The notes below the pieces were generated by a model, which searched no databases, was not told the DNA's origin, and saw only the letters and a program-made list of their open reading frames with translations. Both the position numbers and the translations under genes were made by a program. This document shows, in pieces, positions 52,701 through 62,347 of a DNA stretch of 64,000 bases. This DNA comes from Balanoglossus misakiensis (lineage: Eukaryota > Animalia > Hemichordata), in NCBI GenBank assembly GCA_040954595.2, contig CM082576.2:9985129-10049128 (forward strand). Reading direction: 5' to 3'. Numbering within the stretch: the first letter of the stretch is position 1; each line of letters begins with the position of its first letter.

Positions 52701-53909
52701 AAGTTTTTTTGTTTTTTGTCTTGGTTTGTTTTTTATTGGTGTCTTTTTATTCATTGTACCCTCTAAGCTTATTTGGCACACCACTGATGTGTGTGCATTC
52801 TGTTTCATGTATGGAAATTTTGTCAATGTAACTGGGCTGACTTGCTACAAAATATCAAGTTGCCTCAGAGTTCTCAGTGATCTCCATATACAAGAGTACA
52901 ATGTAAGTTGCATATTTTTTCCATTCCTTAACAGACTGGTTACATGTTCGGTAAAGGTGTCTACTTTGCCGACATGAGTTCCAAGAGTGCCAACTACTGC
53001 AGGGCCAGTCCCGGCAACAACGTGGGCCTGATGATCCTCTGCGAAGTGGCGCTGGGTAACATGCACGAACTGACCAACGCCAAGTCACTCAGCAAACCAC
53101 CATCAGGGAAGCACAGCACAAAAGGTGAGTCTCAGTAATTGTACTGCTTCAATCTGAGGATCAACTTGCAGCAGCTTGGGGGTCCCATCTCCTGCATGGC
53201 AGTGTCCCAGCACCTTTTTGAATACTGATTGGGTGAAGGAGTTGACCAATCAGTGATGACTTTGCAGGACTGATGCAGGTCGTCCAATCCCGAGAGTGAG
53301 GCCAACCTTTGAGTTTGATGTGAATTCCTTGTGAGAAGATGAATGGCACACATTGAGAATAACCCATAGATCAGAAATCCTATGGCCTTTCAAACCAAGT
53401 CTAAACCACCATACAATGCCTGATTGTGTTTCCACAGGTATTGGAAGTACATGCCCAGATCCAAGTGCAGCTGTCACTCTTGATGATGGTGTCGTGATTC
53501 CTCTTGGAAAAGGATCTTCAAGCGGCACTACAAAGACCAGCTTACTCTACAATGAGTATCCTTTTACTTAAAATACAATGTGCATGCTCATTCTGTATCA
53601 GCGTGTGTGGGGTGGCGATTTTCTTTTTTGCCTCTAGGGGGCGCTGTTGTATCGTCCAGTCCTTATTTTCTGTGGCTGGTTTGCACTGGCTGTGTGTAGC
53701 CCTTGGGTAGTAACTAGCACAATAAACAAGACAGGTAGTTTTTGATAATAAACAGAGACTTAGAGAAGATGCAGTTCTTCTAAAGTTGGTGTCATTCCCC
53801 ATGTTGAGTTTCCTTAATGACCGTTTCCAGATACATTGTATACGATGTTGCACAAGTTGAGATGAAGTACCTGTGTCAGATGAAGTTCAACTTCAAGTCC
53901 ATGTGGTGA
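29002..53909 (+). CDS. PARP1: Poly(ADP-ribose) polymerase 1, copy A (complete, 23 coding exons, 997 aa)
   Basis: Exons: 29002-29124, 29767-29854, 30202-30389, 30609-30823, 30976-31063, 31305-31421, 31707-31909, 32185-32265, 32422-32585, 32749-32894, 33244-33316, 34030-34107, 49221-49353, 49858-50053, 50257-50385, 50870-50953, 51449-51574, 51786-51908, 52219-52317, 52546-52698, 52935-53124, 53438-53555, 53831-53909 (sum 2994 nt, in frame). Domains: Zn1 ([13 protein letters not shown]...[13 protein letters not shown]), Zn2, Zn3 ([14 protein letters not shown]), BRCT, WGR ([12 protein letters not shown]), helical domain, and catalytic WHGSR / GKGVYFADM / LLYNEYIVY. Confidence 0.97.
29430..29522. 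repeat. Inverted repeat with ~33-bp arms in PARP1-A intron 1 (MITE-like)
   Basis: CTAGCTGCAGTTCAGTTGCTCGAGGTTTTGCCT ... AGGCAAAACCTCGAGCCTGCTGAACTCCAGCTAG. Confidence 0.8.
34745..34782. repeat. (GA)n microsatellite
   Basis: Direct reading. Confidence 0.9.
35223..35236. promoter_or_regulatory. RFX X-box-like motif
   Basis: GTTGCCATGGAAAC inside a locally CpG-rich patch of PARP1-A intron 12. Confidence 0.4.
35787..36458 (+). repeat. 76-bp direct repeat pair (35787-35862 and 36383-36458)
   Basis: GGTGACTGCAGATGAAACTGACGTGTAC...GCAGAATATATGGT occurs twice with 2 mismatches. Confidence 0.9.
37855..38245 (-). pseudogene. Degenerate tyrosine recombinase C-terminal fragment
   Basis: [16 protein letters not shown] / frameshift / [13 protein letters not shown]...[60 protein letters not shown]. 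This is the HSLRRG..GDW.S..Y region with two stops and a frameshift. Confidence 0.85.
38745..39902 (-). CDS. Gag-like ORF1 of the YR retroelement (385 aa)
   Basis: Uninterrupted ORF starting 24 bp inside repeat A1. It has a coiled coil, VPWPHEY motif, an N-terminal CxxC..H..C cluster and a C-terminal [18 protein letters not shown] zinc-binding cluster. Confidence 0.8.
   Translation of the reverse strand: MSSRPQRLCRTCLIDLKHHKGPSGHLCRENKDNSFEMDHKSSPQTHASTSSVTPSDHLKNTKDTIKTEWSKPDTSEGNRDIISPKKQMLEAIKKENEELEIEIELKRELARNKKLKAKPPTGMEDSQDKPTITSLRHDAALGRKVNKFKHHTKMFDTDSTASSSSCTDSDSATQLKQGGKQHYKTFRKRHNRKKPKSGVARRSSEQVRYQVPWPHEYAHKSDSSIDDQSYATLSMPALVRGELYIIHHVEPLATRLARTDHLIELLHLAEIYQWADVRELHCAVLRCIETGENTWQYDFTKEKARCLHIKLTKAPMRANTSYKYKTNPRYCADYQLGKCKFNNDHNNQEGIMEHHICRFCLRIRDLQLSHPPSECPYKPKKQPTG
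41641..41696. repeat. Perfect 26-bp-stem hairpin with 4-nt loop
   Basis: AAGATGACAACAATGCAGTGCTCACA-CCGT-TGTGAGCACTGCATTGTTGTCATCTT. Confidence 0.95.
42088..42101. promoter_or_regulatory. RFX X-box-like motif
   Basis: GTTGCCGTGGCAAC. Confidence 0.35.
42971..44158 (-). CDS. Orphan class A (rhodopsin-like) GPCR, single coding exon, nested antisense in PARP1-A intron 12 (395 aa from first ATG)
   Basis: Seven hydrophobic segments with GN (TM1), LAASD (TM2), C3.25 and DRY (TM3), CWTP (TM6), NPIIY (TM7) and helix 8 FRK; N-terminal N-glycosylation sequons. Likely splice acceptor at 44187/44188 and upstream 5'UTR exon donor (GAG|GTAAGC) at 44606/44605. Confidence 0.93.
   Translation of the reverse strand: MNKSGPSPVALLENLTDHWWPTFETLSTGSSLTLLENMTEQWRPMFETPSNDTALYDLSSHFRRPGIVGQYVEVALLSFIMLLGILGNILVFVVCVKRGSVSEQNSTANYFLCSLAASDLLVCAVVIPLHIHLEAAHLYRRVTDLECKLSVYLWNQSMYCTSWLLMGISIDRYYAIGYPLHPKFTKRKARCLISATLVLSLVFAFPSAFLYTGPHCQPLSSHYLNLELLIALIQGTLVFLIPFTVITTAYTAIFCSLRKQNRAQNQYAGTPLHSTHYTVAKRLLLVIIVFAVCWTPGLIMKIYFSFYRLDVHATSMLAFLVYMLEYFMPYFNSILNPIIYALINRAFRKDCRRVVCCQRIRSLHYLQALDGVYQSQVLQKSHQSCSAHDNFETRF
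53556..53830 (+). other. U12-type (minor spliceosome) GT-AG intron, last intron of PARP1-A
   Basis: 5' splice site GTATCCTTTT; branch site TTTCCTTAAT at 53809-53818, shortly before the CAG acceptor; splicing restores YNE-YIVY. Confidence 0.93.
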
Positions 53910-56179
53910 AGATACAACGAAGACGTCTTAGCAGATCTGATGTGATGGTATTGGATTATGCGTTCACAGCAGTAGCGTTTTAAGGGTCAAATTTGTACCC
54001 GATCAGCAGTGAAGAATTTCTTGTAAAACCCAAAGGTTTTAATCGCCTGTGTAGCTGTTTCAAGTTGATTCAGTTAAAGCGATGCAGGCATGGTGGGCAT
54101 TTGTGTTCACTTGCCCAACATTTCAGTGTCTACTCTCCTGTGTTTTTGATTGGTCATTATTTTAATCGTATCATTTTACTTTGCTTGTGCCTTGTTAATT
54201 TTCTTGTAGTTTTGAAAGTACTTAACCTTCCCCCCCCCCCCAAGAATGATCATGAGTTTTTGCATGTATTTTTGTTCTAGTTTGTTGAGACTTAATTGTA
54301 GATTTGCCCAGATTAATTGTAGCAGTGTAGAGTTAGGAATGACCATAGAATATCTAATTATGATGTCTGATGAGAAGTTATACTTTTTCTTATCACCCCT
54401 GTATTTCAAATAAAGTGGAACAGTCCTGCTGTTCAGTCCCAGACTTTTCCACTGGAAATGCAGGTGGGAAAGACTACAATAGTACTGTAGGTGGGGTGAT
54501 ACATCTCACGCTTGCCAACACTGCCAGCTCCATAGTCAACTGCATCATCCCTGCTGCCCTTGTCTAGTGGAATAGTCCAATTGTTTTGATTGATGTCCAC
54601 CACTTCTCGGGGGTGAAGGGGTCCATTTTCGAACCATTTACAGTGATGGCTGTATTGTGTTTATCTTATCTCGTTTTCCAGGGTCATTTGTAATAAAACA
54701 TTTCTCTGACAAACCAGCTATTGTCTCTGTATTTTGCTCTGTTGACACAGTAGAAGAGGTGGTCTCTTTGAACAAATTGACCAATTTCATTTCAAAACTT
54801 AGTTGTGTACTGGTTGGCCTGGCTTTGTATTTGATAAAATTTTGTTTGTGTGTTTATGCATCTGTCAGACAGGGTGCTTGTGTTGGAAAATGTTTACTAG
54901 GATAAACAGATCCCAGTGTTTCATCTTCTGAATGATTTAGACAAAACAAACAATAACCATTCAGCTGTACACACACACACACACAAGACACCTTGATTTG
55001 TCAAATAGCAAAATTAATATTCTGTAAAATGCAAAATACAGATAAGTTTTTTTGTGTGGAAAGAAGACCACTACATAAAAGCAAAATAACATGCAAAAAA
55101 TAAGCAAGTCTAAATGTTGCACAAAGAAGTTCAAACAATTATATCTAAAATTCATTCTAAATGAACCATCTAGAAGTAAAGATAATGTTTCTGTACAGGT
55201 ACTTTATATGGACATAAAAAAACAACACTGATAGAGATAGAAAAAAAAATGTAAAGTCTGCGAAGTTGAAAAAGAAAATGTTTCATAAATCTTGTGCCAT
55301 GATTCTGGAATATCTTTTCCTAGTGGAAGATTAGATTTGGTGAACTCAAACTTCCACGTTCAGAAAAATTATTCAATGATCGAGATAAATGGTCAGGGAG
55401 TTCTACTTCCAAATACTATGTTACATCAAAAATACAGGATGGTACAGCACTTTCCATCGCCAAGTGTACAAAATAATAAAACAAACCCCCAACAAGTTTG
55501 AAACAGTTGTAGGAGAACATATCTGAAGATGTAATGGTAAACGTAGGATTTTAACGTCAGCTGCTGTTGGTGGCATGGATCCAGCCAAGGTCATTTTTCA
55601 AAACTTGGCAACAGAAACTCTCGAGAACTATTTCATGATAAACGTCCATGATTTTCATGGCTGGCTTTGTGTTTGTGGAGCAAGATTTGCTAAAATTAAA
55701 TGACTGGAATTTCTTGTTGTCTTTCTGACGTCAAAGAAGCGAGTCGTTGGTAGAAGTAAAAAATAAAATACGTGTTCGTACTGCCATTTTGATGAACTTT
55801 CGTCCCCTGTCGAATATTGGTCGGGCAAGAAACGAAAGCCAAAAATATGACTGTAGGACATTGACAGGACCAGTCGTCATAACTTTAAAAAAAAAGTTCC
55901 AAGGAAATCTACTATAGGGTTCCCTTCAAATTAAGTATCAGACAAATTTGTTTTCCGGAAATGTGTCACACGCCTACCTAGAGGTGAAAAATTTTAATTA
56001 ATTTTTAACCATGTCGTTATTGTATAAAATTTCAAACAGACTGTAGGCAACAGTGGCAGTACAAATAAGATCTGTCGCATATAATTTTTACAAAAAGAAA
56101 TGAACGAATACTTGATGTTGAGCCAAGTGTCATAAATCTACAAGAGTTAAAATTGTTCTCAGGGTGTCTGTCTTTGGTT

Positions 56180-57067
56180 TTACATTTGATACGACAGTGG
56201 GTCCTTGCTGTTCGGCGTGTATCCGATCGGGTCCCGTGAGCGCGTTCTTGTCGACATGGTGTAGCCGTCGGGTTGGTCTTCCATTCCGATGACGTCGGGG
56301 CCATATTGTTGGCCGGGACTTTTTGTGGGTTTGTAGAAACCACCCTGCTGTTGGCTTCGGCCCTGGGTGAATCGCGGCTGCCTGTAGTTATCCTTCACGT
56401 GAGCGTAGTTCGCCGAGAAAATCATCATGTAGTGACCCATCATGACGAGGCAGGCGACGGAGGCGATGATGCCCATCAGGTATTTGTTCCAGGGGTTTTC
56501 CGCGCAGATGTCGACCAACTGCGTCCCGCACACCGTGGCCTCCTCGTCCGGTGTCGTCATCGGCGTCAGCCCGAACTGCCGCAGGTCGATGCATCCGCCG
56601 GGATCGCCGCAGTGCGTGGAGCGGACGATGGAGAAGAACCAGAGCGGGATCACGCAGATGGCCACCACCGCCACCCACCCCAGGAAGAGAATATAGACGA
56701 CTAATCCGAAAACGATCATTTGGCAGACCCCGCAACCACGGCTGGGGAAGCGACAGACGTGTTCTTTCCTGTACGACCCGGTGGCAAGACATCCCAAGGC
56801 AAGAAGAATGAAGGCGATGAAGAGCATCAGCCCAGTCAGGCAGTAGATGCCGATTTGGGCCCAGTAAATGGTCTTAGAGATCTGGTACTCAGCAGCCGTT
56901 TCCTTAAAAAGTCGATCCGTGTCTTCGGTAGCGTAATGGAGACTGACACAGAACAGAATTACTGTCCCGATTATGATTAGGGTGGTTAGAACGCTGGGCC
57001 ATGGCCAACGATCGCAGCACTTCGCTGCGCCGCTCCGCTCGTCCTCTTCGAAATCGTATCTCGGCAT
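56180..57067 (-). CDS. M6: Myelin proteolipid / neuronal membrane glycoprotein M6 family protein (295 aa), intronless CDS
   Basis: Four TM segments; CC..WPWPSVLTT..ILFC, LALGCLATG, CIDLRQFGL and SANYAHVKD match PLP/DM20/M6 family motifs. Confidence 0.9.
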   Translation of the reverse strand: MPRYDFEEDERSGAAKCCDRWPWPSVLTTLIIIGTVILFCVSLHYATEDTDRLFKETAAEYQISKTIYWAQIGIYCLTGLMLFIAFILLALGCLATGSYRKEHVCRFPSRGCGVCQMIVFGLVVYILFLGWVAVVAICVIPLWFFSIVRSTHCGDPGGCIDLRQFGLTPMTTPDEEATVCGTQLVDICAENPWNKYLMGIIASVACLVMMGHYMMIFSANYAHVKDNYRQPRFTQGRSQQQGGFYKPTKSPGQQYGPDVIGMEDQPDGYTMSTRTRSRDPIGYTPNSKDPLSYQM

Positions 57068-59385
57068 TATACTAAATCTCCGGCAAACTCTTCGTTTCTC
57101 AGAGCAAGTACAGTCTGTTGTGATCCCGTCCGAAAACCGCTGTTAAATTTGAAATACGTGAGCGTCCGTTATTTCCCTCTTGTCTTGAAATATCTTGTGT
57201 TGTATTATAAATATTCAATCTACGTGGTTAATATTGGTTAAACATTAACCGACCAACAATGTCGTCATCTCCTCAGGTATGCGAACGGGTGGGTGCCGAA
57301 GGTCTCGTGCCTATTTACGGCAATGTACTAAACAACGTTTGACTCAACATCCTTTTGGACAGATTCATTTAAAATCAATAAAGTTATACGCATTTAGGCC
57401 TAAGTAACATAAAAGTTCTAATTTACATTAAGCATATGTTAAATTCTGTATAATATTTTCCTAGTTTAAATTTCTGTCCACAACCAATGCCTTACACTGA
57501 GTATCGCAAACTTCAAAACTAAAAGCGGAGTTTTTCTCAGGCCGGGGGAGTTTTCCTAAATGTATTTAATATTATGGATACCGAGTTCTTTTGGGCCTAA
57601 ATTGTTAATGAATTTATTAAACAATGTGTTGATTATTTCCACGTCATTATATATTGCATCGCTGAAAAAAGGTTTACCGACACCGTCCAGTTTACCGGGT
57701 CTCTCCTGACACCTGTTGCGCGTCCCATTGTCTGAATCATACGTAGGCCAAGATGCGCGTCAAGGCATACCTTTTCATGTTTTTAAATTTGCTTTAAATG
57801 ACGATTCGTCACTGCGGTGGGATAGCTGGCCACATCATCACTTACATGTAAAATATGTTGACCCCCCAGAAAAAAAGAAAAGAGAACTGTTATTTCTCGA
57901 ATGCCAGAATTTCTTATCACCGGATAACCAAACGCATTTCATCTGTAGTGAATGATGGGCCGTGGACTATGCGTGTTTTACCGAGGGCTGCATGGGGCTG
58001 GACAGCCGGCGGACGGACGAGCGCATCTAAGCTTATATCATTCATCCTGCCATTTAGCCGACGCCCTTATCCGTTTCGCCAACATCACTGTCACAATTAT
58101 TCTAGTAACTGATTGAGTGCAGTTCACAAGTATTACGAAAAATTTCTGCAAATTTACGCAACCTGTCCGTCGGAACGACCTGTTTGACTTTCTCATAAGC
58201 CGCTCTTATGGTTTGATTGCCAAGCAAACGAACTTTCTATTAGTTTTAATTTATCCCCACACGTTCCGTGTGTATTTTATTATCAATATTAAGATTCATC
58301 GGCAGGAATGTATAATCACAGTGAGAAACAACCGTACCGCATTGCACGATTCTGGCTGGTCATAAACATCACTTGCCCGTCGCCAATGTTTGCCCAGTCT
58401 TCGATACTAGGCCGCTGGAAACATCTCATTCACGAATATTCAAACTGTAGGCCTAAAGCGCTTTGGTCCAAAATCGTCCCAGGTTTACACCACAACTAAA
58501 CTATCTTGTTCCTGTTATATCTATAGACATGATAGTGTTAATACTTAGTATTTATTCTAACCGGTTCGTGGGCGGTGACCGATCGAAACTAAAATGAGAC
58601 GGAAGTGTAAATGATCACTGCTTTTTCAGTTCATGTGTTGATCTTTCACAAAGATATCCATCAATAATTTCCAGATTATTTGGGCCCGGAGAACTTTTAA
58701 CATAAAAATACGTACAAGTAGTAAGAGAAGATAAGGGTATTAATGATTAGGCCATTTTCTGGTAGGACTATGCGAAATATGTTCTTTGCGGAGATTACTA
58801 CCAGATGAAATGAAACTCGGGTTTATCATCTTGCTTTGTTACGCCTCTTCCTATACCCCTTGGCTAGATCCGACATCTACAAGTGTAGGCCTATAGCCTG
58901 AGGCTCAATATTGGTCAATTTGTATTGCACAGCCCAACTTTTGATGAAAAAAAAGTCACTTGGAGGTAGGCCTCATAGAGTTTTAGAAGAATGAAGCGAA
59001 AGTATGCGGAAGTTTATGAGTGAAATTTTACAAATACATCAACTACATCACGGTTACATAATTCATATCTTCCCAAGTTTTCATTTTATTCCTGGGCCCG
59101 CATCTTTCCTTTCACAAACTGCCGGTCGTGTAGACCCTGTGCTTTTGTTGAGATTTTTATCCGATGTCTCGTCTCGACATGTACGCTGGGTCTGCATTTG
59201 CGACAGGTTTGTACTTGTTCAAGTATGATTCATCATCTTTCATTGGGGAATCTCTTTGATTGGTGGTGAGCAATCTCGGTGCCGTGTGCAACATGCGGTA
59301 CAAAAACAGAGAAGTGACATTCAGTTGAATTGAGGGCACTGTGCTCTGTTGACAGTACCGGTGTTTCCTGAATAGACTCTACGAA

Positions 59386-62293
59386 ATGGCTGACTCGGAG
59401 TTTCTATTCAAAGCAGAATACGCAAAGAGTGACCGGTCCTCCTGCAAAAAATGTCGACAGAAGATCGGAAAGGGGGCTCTCAGAATGGCCAAAATGGTTC
59501 AGGTTAGTCATAGTGGGAACTGTATGTATATGTACAAGCTTGACAACTCGATCGACAAGCTTCTTCCAAGGATCAGTGCGTCCCGCCCACTTTCTGTTTA
59601 TGCCGGGGTTTATGTCAGATTCACAATATTGTGCTAGGGGGAGCGCCAGATTATTGTGGCATTTGAAGAAATCCAGTTGGTACCTACCTCAGATTTGAGA
59701 CGATGATATATTTTGTGATTATTTAAAACAGTATTCGCAATCGTGGATTGGTTGCCACAGCAACACATTTACCACGCTGTTGCCGCACACGGCGACGCGT
59801 TTGGTTTTGCATTACAAAAGGGGTAGTCCCAGCTTCACAAATAAATGTCAAAAGGCCGAAAACGATTAAATGCCCTCCAACTATAAGACGAAGCTTGTGG
59901 AGACAGTGCAACAGTCTGTGCTAGTGAAGTGCACACCAACTCAAAGGTCACATGAGGTCAATTTTATTACCGACTTTCGTTTCCAGGAGAGATGACTTGC
60001 GAAATTGTCTGTGTTTTTTTTCATTTTGTAATATTTCTATTTTATGTCATGTTTTAATTTGAGATTGAAAAATATTCAAAAATACAGTTTTTTTGTATAT
60101 TTACTATATGTTCCTTTGTATTTTCCCACACCTTCCCATGATGCTCCAGTCACCACACTTTGATGGCAAAGTTCCCAACTGGTATCACTACCCATGTTTT
60201 TGGAAGATGGCAACAGTCACCGTGTCAACACAGATTGGTAAGTGATAGTCTAGAAGATTTAGGTATTCTTGGTACTTCTGATATTTCTTCTGAGGGCATT
60301 TTTTTTACACACGCATGTTTTTACTAGAATACTTGCTCTGAATGATTTCTGTTTTAATGACATAACTTTATTGTACTTGATTCCTGCATATTTTGCAAAT
60401 ACACATACAATTTGGTATTTGCATAGCTGGATTCAACGGGCTGCGATGGAACGACCAGGAGAAGATCAAACAGAAGATAACGGGCGATGTCTCGGGGGAG
60501 ACGGTGGCAGACAAAGTTGTTTCCAAAGAGAGCCAAATCACCGATTTCACAGTAGAGTATGCCAAATCCGACAGGAGTAAATGCCGTGTTTGCAACGAGA
60601 AGATTGCAAAGGTTTGTGGCTATGATTGTTGTGAGTCGATCTTTAGTTACACGTTATTTGGGATAATTTCCCTGGAATTAGTGCAAACTGTGCACTGTGA
60701 CTGATTATGACCTATTTGGACCCAGGCAGGAAAACTTTCCATTTGAGTGGAAATGGTTTTTATTTTGCATAGAAACAATTATCTTTTGTAGCAAATCAAA
60801 TGAATGCTGGCTGGAAGTATACTCAAACAAGAACTGCATTTATTTTAACCCTTTCACCCCCAGTTCCCTCTTTATAGGTCCAACCTTACCATAGAAAACA
60901 AGGGTTAAAATATGGTCAACCATCCCCTGTTGAGCATGCATGGCTCAATCAATGCAGTGTGAATGATGAAACAGAAAATCTCTCTGTATTCCCACTTACA
61001 CAGGATGAAATCCGCATGGGGTACAACGAGCCGCAAGACGGCGGCAAAAAGTACCAGACTTGGCACCACCTGGGCTGTTTCTGTGACCCTGTGAAGCTGG
61101 TGGAGATGGGCTGGCAGAAAGAGTTCAAGGTGGCCGACGTGAAGGGTTTTAAGGCCTTGAAGGCAAAAGACCAAAAGGAATTACAGAAGAAACTTGTCTT
61201 GAAGGCTGCAGATGTGTAAGTAGAGATGCTTTCACCTGTGTGTTGACAGATGGCGACCTGCAGATCACCCCCAGTTCCTTTTATAGAAGTCTTACTTTAC
61301 CATAGAAAACAATATATTTGGACCAAACCAATGTGTACAGTACAGTACTACATCCAATCATGTCAATTATCTATAAAGCAAGAAAAAAAAAAACATGCAT
61401 CACATGATAAATCATTCCAACTATCTGTGTACAGCATTTTTGACAACTCACAATCAGAGCACCATATTTCAAATTATAACATGCATTGATCTATGTCTGC
61501 AGAAAGAGAAAGCTAGGAATCACTGAAAGTGACAGTCCAGCCAAGAAGAAAGCAAAGACTGAAACACAAGAAGACAAAGCAATGAGAGTAAGAATTATGA
61601 GCTATTGATGTTAATTTGATGCTATTGCTTCCTTCTATTGGCTTTCATTATTGTTGGCTCAAAATAAGAAACATCTCAAAAAGCCAAGAAAGGACATTTG
61701 CTTATTGGTATGCAGAATTTTAGTAATGGAGGTTCATTGACTATTCTCAGGAACAGAGCCAGTTTCTGTGGAAGATTAGGGACCAGCTTTCCAGGTATGT
61801 CGCTGTCAAGGCCCTTAAAGAGCTTCTAGAAGTAAACAACCAATACCCTCCAAAGGGAGAGCATTCGGTAAGTATGAATTACCATGGTAACAGCTTAAAA
61901 TCACATCCAAAATAAATAAAGAACTACACTATTCTTATACAATGGAGTACCAGTATCAGGTGTACTACCCTGGTATGTCATTCTCGTACTTGAATTGGCA
62001 TATGCACATTAAATGCCCAACAGAACTTGACAGCCCAGATTCTTCTCATCAGATGTTGGATGCAGTCGCTGATGGCATGACGTTTGGTGCATTGGAGCGT
62101 TGTCCGGAGTGCAAAGGTGGCCAGCTGGTAATACGCAGCGACGGCTACCACTGCACTGGAAATCTAACTAGTTGGACCAAATGCATGTACACCAGCACAG
62201 AGCCGGCCAAGAAGTCCAGCTGGGTGATACCTGATGACTTCAAGGAGATTAAATTTATGTGAGTAGAATAAGAATGGATTTTAATCAATGGAA

Positions 62294-62347
<54 letters not shown>

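Noticed and set aside
52924-52934. TTCCTTAACAG (and TTCCTTGACAG at 50859-50869) resembling U12 branch sites
   Set aside because: Immediately adjacent to the AG and paired with U2-type donors (GTAAGT, GTAAGC); treated as ordinary acceptors
56273-56980. Several ORFs overlapping the M6 gene
   Set aside because: GC-rich shadow frames
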